Positions 54,722-64,000 of a DNA stretch of 64,000 bases are shown here, piece after piece (within the stretch, counting starts at the first letter, position 1; each line of letters starts with the position of its first letter). Where the stretch lies: contig OX597828.1 of assembly GCA_951406725.2 (NCBI GenBank), positions 5,270,001 to 5,334,000 on the forward strand, in the 5' to 3' direction. Under the pieces are notes generated by a model that made no database searches, was not told the origin of the DNA, and was given only the letters and a program-made list of their open reading frames with translations. A program made the translations under genes and the position numbers. The stretch is from Octopus vulgaris. Its lineage: Eukaryota.

Positions 54722-56338
54722 CAGTTGCGGCCAAAATGTTCAGAACGGCATAGTTTTCGCCAAAAAAGTAAATGTAATTTCTTTTCAAAGTTGTCCTATA
54801 TTCTATAATTCTCACAGATAATATGTACAATATTATTTGTTATTGTCTGAGATTTTGGTGTAATTTGAGAGGATAATACAAAAGTTATGGATGATATAGT
54901 GATTTACTGCAAAACCCATGGCGGCCAAAATGATCAGAACGGTTGCTTTTACCCCGTGTTTTAGTATATTTAACCAGCGAACTCTAATGTTTTGAATTTG
55001 TTTACGTGACAGTTCGTTTACTAAACATTAGTAAGAATATCTGCAGTGTACTTTGTTAATATAATGCCACTTACTCCGTTACCAATTCGTCAGCAGATTA
55101 TTAAGCTTCGAAAGAAGTATAATTTAAGTATTGGGTCTATTGCAAAGATTGTTAACAAGTCAAAAAGTGTTGTTCACTGTATTCTTAAAGTCCACGATGA
55201 TTATGGTTCGTGTGAAGCAAGAAAGTCTACAGGTAGGCTAAGAAAAACGACCAAGATCGTGCTATGGTAAAGTTGGTTAAAAAGGACAGATTTAAAACTG
55301 CTGCTGCTGTTTCTCGGGAAATGAGCATTATACTGGAGAAAACTGTATCTCGAAAAACTGTGTCTCGTCGTTTAGTTGAACATGACCTACAAGCAAGAGC
55401 ACTTGCAGTGAAGCCACTGATCAGCTCCAAAAATAAAAAGTGTTGTCTTACCTTTGCAACCGAACATGTGTTTTGGTCTCAAGAAAAATGGCAAACGGTG
55501 CATTTCAGTGATGAATCTAAGTTTATGCTATTTGGCTCACAGGTGGGAAAAGTTGGTCGAAAAGTAGGTGAAAAATTGTCGCCTAAATGCCTTGAGACTT
55601 GTGTTAAATTCGGTGGAGAAAGTGTCGTGGTTTGAGGGATGATATCTGGAGATGGTGTGGGCCCTTTGGTGCGATTACATGGAAAGGTAAATGCAGGAGT
55701 TTATAAACAACTTGTAAAAGATCATGCCTTGCCTGTGCTGAGAAATTCATCTAGGCGACCACCCATATTCATTCAAGACATTGCCCCATGTCACGAAGCT
55801 AAGGTGGTCATGAACTGCCCCAATGCTGAAAAGGTTATTGTTATGGAATGGCCTGCTCAAAGCCAGATCTCAATCCTATTGAAAATGTGTGGAATATTCT
55901 AGGAGAACGTTCGAAAGCCAGAAATCCTAAAACAACTGAGCAGTTATGGAATGCCCTTCAGGAAGAATGGAATAAGATCACCCAGCAAGAAATTGAAAAT
56001 TTAATTTCCTCATGCAGTCGAAGATGTCAGAGTGTGATTGAAGCTAAATGGCTTCACACTAAATATTAAATAATTCCAGTATTCTCTCTCATTTTGATTA
56101 TTTTGTTATTTTTTCAACCGTTCTGCTCATTTTAGTCGCCATGGGTTTTGCAGTAAATCACTAAATCATCCATAACTTTTGTATTATCCTCTCAAATTAC
56201 ACTAAAATCTCAGACAATAACAATTTATATTGTATTTATTGTCTGTGAAAATTATAGAATATAAAACAACTTTAATAAAGACTTATACCTCCTTTTTTGA
56301 CTAAAACAATGCCGTTCTGTACATTTTGGCCGCAACTG
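54722..56338 (+). mobile_element. Near full-length Tc1 (DD34E) transposon with IR-DR termini
   Basis: TA target duplication at 54720-21 and 56339-40. The ~224-bp TIRs (54722-54945, 56115-56338) start CAGTTGCGGCCAAAATG, and each has an inner repeat of gcggccaaaatg.tcagaacgg. Confidence 0.95.
55064..56069 (+). pseudogene. Tc1 transposase pseudogene
   Basis: HTH region, GRLRKTT, VHFSDESKF, VKFGG, FIQD...(34 aa)...WPAQS/PDLNPIENVW and terminal TKY*. Frameshifts at ~55255 and ~55863, in-frame TGA at 55633. Confidence 0.93.
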
Positions 56339-56932
56339 TACGTTACCACCGTGATGTACTACCACCTCACCATCATGTCGCATGTAAGACAGTCCATAGT
56401 GAAGATTGACCTGCCGTCTTCGTTTAGCCAGGAAGGGCAGGCAATTTTCCTCTGTCTGGTAGCAGTAGCGAAAGAGGTTGTACGGTGGACCAGGTTAAAA
56501 GGAATGAAGACAGACACTTTTCACTTCGGCCAATCCCTCTTCAACTTTTTCAAATTTCACTCAGAAAGTTATTCCCTCCAGTACATTTGCTGGAAATGGG
56601 TGAATGTTGTCAAAATTGCCTGTGTGAGGGGATCTGCGCTAATAGTGCAGCTGTAGGCTGGTGAATTTGAGAAAGAGAGGTGTACCCTTCCCGAGTACGC
56701 TCGAAGCGTCGGGTGTTTCAGGATTGATGGGGTACCTGAGCCAACCCTGGGAGGCCATCATCACTATTGAGCAAATCTCATTCTTATAGTTTTCTTATTT
56801 AACGTTTATTGTTATTGCTTTCCTAATTGTTTACTCGTTGCTTTGTGTAAAATCCCAATGTCCCTGCCTACTGTATTGTCCCCTATAAGTCGGTCCTAGT
56901 GGTCAATAAGTGAAAAAAAATTAATAATAATA

Positions 56933-57730
56933 AGAAATTGCATATCGCAGCTCCAGAAAAACTAATTATTCTCAAATATCCAGAGGCAGTTCTTAAGGGC
57001 TTCGGAGTAAATACAGAAGATAATATACCTCCCGAAGTAGATGAAACCCACTAATTTTGGAATAACATCTGAAGGCAAGAAGTTTCCAACAACTACGGTG
57101 CTAAGTGGATTCATTCCGTGAGATCCGAACTCCATCACCCGGAGGCTCTATGACAGGCGCATAACGACAGAGGATGTCATCACACAGGTATCAAAACTGC
57201 CAAACTTGGAAGCAGCTGGACCAACGACAAGTCAACTGGCTCAAGTAGTTTCAGTCAACACACAAGAGAAATGCGTTGCAATTAGACAATTGCCTACAGA
57301 GTAGTGCAGTTCCGGTGTGGGTTGTAGAGAGGAAAACAACATTCTTAATGAAAGGTCGGTCAAAGGGCAATGAGGTTAGCAATTACCCACCTATTGCTTG
57401 TCATAACCTCTTATGGAAAGTATTAACAGGTTTCCTCGTTGGGAAAATATATACGTTCCTTGCGGAAAATAAACTATTGCCCGATGAAAAAAAGGCAGCT
57501 ATGAACATCAAACATAAAGGTTATCCCTATTGTCATCAGAGCATTGGGTTCAATACCATTCAATCTGAAAAAATTCTCTACAATCTAGGTGTATTGCAAA
57601 ATTCGGTATTACTTGGACCTGCAGGCATATTGCGTAAAGTACTGACAAACAGTAAAAACACCCGGTAGACACAATATCTTCAATCAACCTCACGATATCT
57701 TATACTGTGCGTCATCTATAATAATAATAA
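56933..57730 (+). mobile_element. R4/Dong-type (REL endonuclease) LINE remnant with large internal deletion
   Basis: FWNNI, KLPNLEAAGP and VPVW....TT..MK..SKGNEVSNYPPIAC.NLLWKVLTG are joined to C-terminal IPIVI.ALGSIP...LQNSVLLGPAGILRKVL; ends in (TAA)n. Confidence 0.8.
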
Positions 57731-57822
57731 TGATGATGATGATAATTCTTCTTCTTCTTCTTCTTCTTCTTCTTCTTCTTCTTCTTCTTCTTCTTCTTCT
57801 TCTTCTTCTTCTTCTTCTTCTT

Positions 57823-57855
<33 letters not shown>

Positions 57856-57888
57856 ATTACTATTACTATTACCATTACTATTACTATT

Positions 57889-57970
<82 letters not shown>
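57718..57970. repeat. Compound (TAA)(TGA)(TTC)n(TTA)(TTG)n(TTA)n microsatellite
   Basis: Directly visible between two convergent LINE tails. Confidence 0.95.
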
Positions 57971-57971
<1 letters not shown>

Positions 57972-57973
<2 letters not shown>

Positions 57974-59130
57974 GGAAACTCACAGATTATTTTGCTGGGT
58001 ATGATGGAAAGTGTCAGCTGTCCACAACCTGCAGACTAAGCTGACATTTGTTTACTGGTCATGTGTCAAGAACTCTGCGAAAAATTCTTGTAGTTCCAAG
58101 CAATGCTCATTTTTGTAAGTGTTCTACCTTCACAATTGCACCGGTCTTTTCAGTCATTTTAATTGTTGAGTGCTGATACTTCCAAGTGCACCATTTACTA
58201 TTGGTAGCACGTCTCCTCCCTTCATTGACCACAACCTTCGTATCTCCCTTTTGAATTGTCGAAGTAGTTTATTTTTTCTTCTTTCACATTGATCCAGTTG
58301 TCACCTGGGCATAATATATCGATAATATTCTTTTTCAGCGTAACAATGTCCGGCTTCCAATGTCTGCTCAGGTGATCCCACAGGATTTTTTACAGTTCTC
58401 ATTTTCGGTAACTCATTCTGGGGTTTGTTCATACCACGTCTTTGCTCGTTGTAGGCCGTGATTTCAACAGAGCTTCAAATGGATCATTTTCGCGTCGTTT
58501 GTCATGGCGTCGTTTGCGTTCACGTTCTGTCAATTTCGGGCATTCGATAACAATGTGCCATTCTGTTTCACCCCTCTCACCACATATTCTGCATTTGTCG
58601 CTATTGGTAATGTTGTCAATTCTGCACTTCATATAATTGATCCTTAACGCTTGTTCTTGAGCTGCGCATATGAATGCTTCTGTCTCTATCTTCAGTTCAT
58701 TCCTCTTCATCCATAGCCACCGGTCCTCTGTATCTGTCTTGGCGTTCACATCACTTGCAAACTAACCGTATACTTTTATTTCCTTACATGCATTTTCTTT
58801 AATTTTGTTCATTTCTTGTTTAATTTTTTCTTTAGTTATACAATTTCAGCGTTGATGAGGCCAGCCTTCTTCCTCTGTTTCAACAATAGCCCCACGGCAT
58901 TTTTATATACTTCCCTAGGCTGTTTTCCCCTGCTTCGATACAGACTTGGTGACTGATCAAACATCAGGTCAAGTACAGCCTATCACTGTCAGTCTTTGGC
59001 CGGAAGTCTCCGTGTACAGCCAGCATATTTCTGGTCTTGATATCCATTTTCTTCATTTCTCTCTCATGCCATTTATAAGTCTTAAGTTACGCTATCATCC
59101 ACATTAACTGCTTTGATTTTATTCCATCCA
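57972..59130 (-). mobile_element. R4/Dong-type LINE 3' fragment
   Basis: WLWMKRNELKIETEAFICAAQEQALR...KCRICGERGET.WHIV.ECP (CCHC), RRHD, KPDIV, PIV.GALG and ALLGTTRIFRRVLD; followed by (TAA)n on the same strand. Confidence 0.9.
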
Positions 59131-59263
59131 GAAGGTAAATATTTTATTCCTCCAGAAGGTAAAGAAACAATAAGTAGAGTGTCGAAATAGTGATCCTTCG
59201 ATAATAGTTGCACTCTTCCTTTACCTTCTGGAGGAGTAATATTAATCCGTAAATATTAATTAA

Positions 59264-59301
59264 ATGATAATGATAATAATGATGATAATAACAACAACAG
59301 C

Positions 59302-59384
<83 letters not shown>
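59264..59384. repeat. (AAT)n directly followed by (ATT)n
   Basis: Directly visible; self-complementary. Confidence 0.95.
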
Positions 59385-60090
59385 CTTCTTTTATTAGCCA
59401 CAAGGTATCACAAAATGTAACATTAAAGGATATGCAAGAGCCTTTCTCCTTTAATTCCCTTTTTTTACAGATGCACGCTCAGAATTGGTCTTTTCACACT
59501 GGCCACTATTCCAACATTCAAAAACCGTTGAACAAACTTTCTAGAAGGCAAAACTACCCTCTCTTTTCTTCAACTTCCTTTTCAAGTGAAACTTGAAAAA
59601 TCTGATGAGGGCTTGGCCAAAGGGGAAAGTGTTTGTCTTTAGCCCTTTCAAACAGCCCACCATACTACCTCTTTCGCTACAGCCACTAGACAAAAATTGC
59701 CTGCACTTCCCTGTCACAAGGGGGCGGCGGAGCAATCTTCACAATGGATTCAACTAATTGCCGGTCCGTCCTACACGTAACAGCAGATGTTCGACATGAA
59801 CCCACAAGTCGGCAATACTTGGGCACTGGGATAGGGTGTGCAGAACCGTTTCATCGTCGTGGGCGTACCTCAGGCATGCCCGGCTAACAGCACTTCCGTG
59901 TATATAAAGTTTCTCTCGAACAGGTCGCGCCCCTCATTAGCAATGCCAGGCCAGAGAATTCTGAAAGTTATCCATAGGCCTAGAACCGAAAGTTTTTCGA
60001 AACAGAGCGGTTAGTTGATCCTCATCGACGCCCAGAATTTCCCTGGGAACGTCGTTGCACTTTCCCTCCACAAACCCTCTATTGAACGTT
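59385..60090 (-). mobile_element. L1/Tx1-clade LINE 3' fragment
   Basis: SLAWHC..GA.PVREKLY.HG....RAC......ETVLH.L.QCP (zinc knuckle) and LKGLKTNTFPFGQALIRFFKFHLKRK, homologous to 56490-56560; AATAAA and a (TAA)n tail. Confidence 0.85.
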
Positions 60091-60092
60091 AG

Positions 60093-60107
60093 AACAACAT
60101 CATCATC

Positions 60108-60146
<39 letters not shown>

Positions 60147-60169
60147 ATCAACAACAACAACAACACCCA

Positions 60170-60237
<68 letters not shown>

Positions 60238-60505
60238 AATATCATTATTATTTCGGATACGATAAATAATGCAGTAGCTAAACACTAGGGTAGATGTAAT
60301 CGATTAACTCCTGCTCTAAATTTAATTGCTTTTTGTCAAAATTTGAAGACATTATAATTTATGTATTTGTTTTTGTTGATGATGATGGTGATGATGATGA
60401 TGATAATGATGATCTTGTTGGTAATGGTAATGATGATGATTACGACAATGACGATGATGATGATGATGATGATCACTATCATCATCATCATCATCATAAT
60501 CATAA
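60093..60505. repeat. (CAA)n, (TAA)n, (GAT)n and (CAT)n microsatellites
   Basis: Directly visible at 60093-60250 and 60378-60505. Confidence 0.9.
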
Positions 60506-60704
60506 GTTATTGTTGTTGTCTATCGTTATGCGTCATGACTAGCAGTTTATCTATATAATACCATATCTAGGCAAAGCAAATGATCTTAAACATTCCATCA
60601 TTTTTTCCATGTATTTGTAGAGCTAATTATAAATCGATAAAATATCGATTGCATTTGTTAACGTAACTGCTGCACACACATATGTACATGTATATACACA
60701 CACT

Positions 60705-60749
<45 letters not shown>

Positions 60750-60779
60750 TTACATGTACATATATATATACATATATAC

Positions 60780-60833
<54 letters not shown>

Positions 60834-60975
60834 TCATGTAATATATATACACACACACATATTGTTTGACTCTTATTTCTAGCAATGCTGCTGCACCCAT
60901 ATCCAATTTAGTGAAGATTGTCTTTGTGCCTTTTAGTTTTCGAATCGCGACTAACCATTTTAATAATTTACAGAC

Positions 60976-61051
<76 letters not shown>

Positions 61052-61779
61052 ACACACATACACACACACATACACACACACACACACATATATATATAAA
61101 CACTTCCTCACATGTTTGGTGTCTTCATAGTATCTCATGTTATGCTAATATGGAGTATGGAAGCTAAAATAGGATGATAGAATAAGTAAAACTACGAGAA
61201 GAATGAAGGATGTAAAAGAGGAAACAGTGGAAACAATGGGAAAGGAAAGCTACAGGGGAAAATAAAATGTGGTCGTTTATATTCGGTTTACATCCTCTTT
61301 GATCTTGAAACCATAATATGACCGAATGGATCGGGGTTAGAGACTGCAATACGGCTGTTCAATCCGGAGAGGGTTGAAATCCTCCATATTTTTTATATCC
61401 ACTGAGTATGGATAAGTATAGTTCAGTAAATTAAAAAATAGCACTGTTTCCGTATTGAGTGGCTGTACCGCAGATTCTAGGCCCCTAGTCATTCAGCCTC
61501 ATTATGGCTTTTCGGTCAACGGAACAGGGAGCTTTCCTTCGTATCCTTGTTTAGCGTTCCTCTACCTTTCTTTTTCCAGTGGTAACATTCCACTTTTTAC
61601 GTCTACTTTCTTCTCACGGTTTCTTGTATTAATTGCATAGGTTAGTTACTTGCTCAATCTGTAGTATTGGTCTGTCATAAGTCCTAGGAGTCCTAAGCGG
61701 AGTTTAATTAGTATGTATGACGTATAAGTCACTGAGTTTACAGTAACCAACCTTGAGTGGGTTGGTTACAGTGCAAACC

Positions 61780-61925
61780 TCCCAGCTATTGCTGGAATTC
61801 ATTTAGAGCTGCGTGTGGAAACAATGGGAAATGACGTGTTTTGTTCAGGAATATGGCATACAACCGGTCTAGGAATCGAAAACATGACCTGACGATCGTG
61901 AGTACAGATGCCTAAAAATTAGGGT
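61780..61925 (-). mobile_element. Decayed tRNA-derived SINE
   Basis: The reverse strand reads ..ctcacgatcgtcaggtcatgttttcgattcctagaccgg...cctgaacaaaacac, a B-box-like motif plus SINE body. Confidence 0.5.
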
Positions 61926-62708
61926 TAAGAAATGAGGAAAATAAATTTTTATCAAAACTTGCATATTTCCTTTTATATGAAACTGCACTTTCTCTAAATA
62001 ACCTTACTCGTGGAATATATTGTTAAGACTAACTAAATACATTATTTGTAATGACTATTTTAGTAGGAATTATTAATCTGTTCTTCAAAAGTCTACATCG
62101 TTGTTACTCTCATCTCTCTAAAGTAGAGTATATTGACACCGCTTCCGGATTTTCTAATACCAAAGAAAGCCTTCATCAATTCCGAAGCCATTTGTCCCTC
62201 CCAACTGATCACCAACGCAGCTGTTCCAGAAAGGGAACGAAACTTTGGAAAATCTAATTCATTACTACACAGGTATTTCAGTTCTCGCGCGCGACAATGA
62301 CGAAAAGAGAAGTTATCAGTTTTGCATCGGGGTCTGAATTCAGACTTGAAGGAGCCGGAACAAATACCAAAAGGGCATTTATTCGAATATTTTACTACTG
62401 TTCCAATTCGCCGCCTCGACCGCTTGCTATGCACGGAAAATTTGAGCATCAATTTTATACGTTATATTGTTGGATCTGTATTTAATTAGATCTTTTACAA
62501 GTCATTTACAATTCAGTGGCGCCAATTTTATGTGAAGACATATTGAAAGCTGATACAAATTTAAAATACTTAAATGTCGGAAACGCTTAATACTTAAATA
62601 CTTCTCTTTTAGTTAAATGGCTCACCTAATATTCACCAAGATATTTTTAGGCAGTGTTAGTTGGTGTACATACATAAAAACATACATACGTACATATACA
62701 TATATGTA

Positions 62709-62756
<48 letters not shown>

Positions 62757-62773
62757 TATATATATATACATGT

Positions 62774-62828
<55 letters not shown>

Positions 62829-63307
62829 CATTTATACACACATTTATACACACGTAAACACACACACACACATATATTTATGCTTACTGAAACACACATA
62901 TGCATACATGTATATCTATATTAGCGCGCAGACGCACACACATACACTCACACACACTTTTATCTGTGTGATTCTCATAAGCACACAAATATATGGTATG
63001 TTAACATACTCCATTTATAATTTATATTATTGAGGTGAGTAGTGTTGTTTAAGTAATATGTATTGATTATTTGTATGGAATATGTTAAATAGATTACTAT
63101 ATTATATGCTGTGTAGTTTTGTGGGTGGATCCCGGGAATCTGCATTCATTCAAGGAACCGGGATTGAATTTTTTTTTGTGTAGGACGTAAACCTGTTGCT
63201 AATTGAATAAATGAACGGTGAGTAGTTGGAGAAGGAAATATGAAGAGTTCCCTTTAAGCCCAAATGTTCTGGCTCCAGATGATGCTAATATATAGGGATC
63301 ATTAGTG

Positions 63308-63515
63308 CGGTGAGATGGCAGAATCGCTAGCACGCTGGGAAAATGCTTAGCGGCATTTCGTCTGTATTTACGTTCTGAGTTCAAATTCTGCTGAAGCCAA
63401 CGTTGACTTTCATCGATTTGGAAGTCGATAAAAAAAGCACCAGTTAAGCAGCTGGGTCGATGGTAATCAACTTTACTCCTCCCACGAAACTTTTGGCTTA
63501 TTACTAAAATTTGAA
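63308..63515 (+). mobile_element. tRNA-derived SINE (family B)
   Basis: ggtgagatggcagaatcgctagcacgctgggaaaatgcttagcggcatttcg...gagttcaaattctgc has A/B-box-like motifs; the body matches the other family B copies. Confidence 0.8.
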
Positions 63516-63799
63516 ATCGATATATATGGATGATTTTCATGCTGAATACTTCGATATAGTTCAGTTGTGATTCATTTATGGTGCCACCTACTCCTTGAAA
63601 TCTACGTTTGAATGTGATATTGCTGAGCTAAACTAACCGCGTAAAAAATAAATTGAAAATCACGTGCAATTAGGATGTTTAGTAATTTGCTCATTCGATG
63701 CAAATTATTGAAACAAATTTCCATTTACTTCCACTAAATTGAAATAGCTAAGAAAACTGCAAAGGTTAATAATTTAGCTGCATAGAATAAACACTTTCA

Positions 63800-63990
63800 A
63801 GGGAAATGCCTTCTGGTACATAAGAGAGGGTGCCGACAGTGCTGACAGGCTTAGTTGGAGTCCCATCTTCTGAGATCTTTGACAGGGCTTAGAAAAACTG
63901 GAGGATCACTGCTATAAGTGATCATTGCTTTAGCTGATCCTCCTGTATATTCTTTCACCCAAAGTCAGTAAATTCTCAGCAACCCTCGTA
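63800..63990 (+). mobile_element. Possible mariner 3' remnant
   Basis: GLEKLEDHCYK resembles mariner GI.KL..RW.KC, and the end reads tctcagcaaccctcgTA. Confidence 0.45.
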
Positions 63991-64000
63991 TTTTAATTAA

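Larger units (their letters stand above)
54500..56932 (+). mobile_element. L1/Tx1-clade LINE remnant split by the Tc1 insertion (pieces 54500-54721 and 56339-56932)
   Basis: Removing the Tc1 joins IKVLGIWFGPD...W..RNLSLKDLAEVANMY to VTTVMYYHLT. The C-terminus AVAKEVVRWTRLKG...FFKFH follows, then an AATAA signal and a (TAA)n tail. Confidence 0.8.

Noticed and set aside
57690-58044. Poly-R/I/T/L/V ORFs
   Set aside because: Compound trinucleotide repeat between LINE tails.

Overview
AT-rich, repeat-dense animal genomic DNA with no host protein-coding exon that I can support. The SINE families, microsatellite load and TE mix resemble an octopod cephalopod genome (inference). Most ORFs in the supplied track are microsatellite translation artefacts. 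The window holds at least six decayed Tc1/mariner/maT transposons, including a near-complete IR-DR Tc1 at 54722-56338, plus several MITEs. It also holds CR1, RTE, L1/Tx1 and R4/Dong LINE fragments, several Penelope-like element (PLE) fragments, many tRNA-derived SINEs and a Helitron-like element with internal ~275-bp tandem repeats. The most interesting signal is a set of minimal or variant hammerhead-ribozyme motifs in PLE-derived repeats. The best example is at 26866-27390 (- strand), where a GIY-YIG remnant, a tRNA-like Pol III cassette and an obligate-dimer hammerhead lie in series. All calls are by eye; boundaries of decayed elements are approximate.
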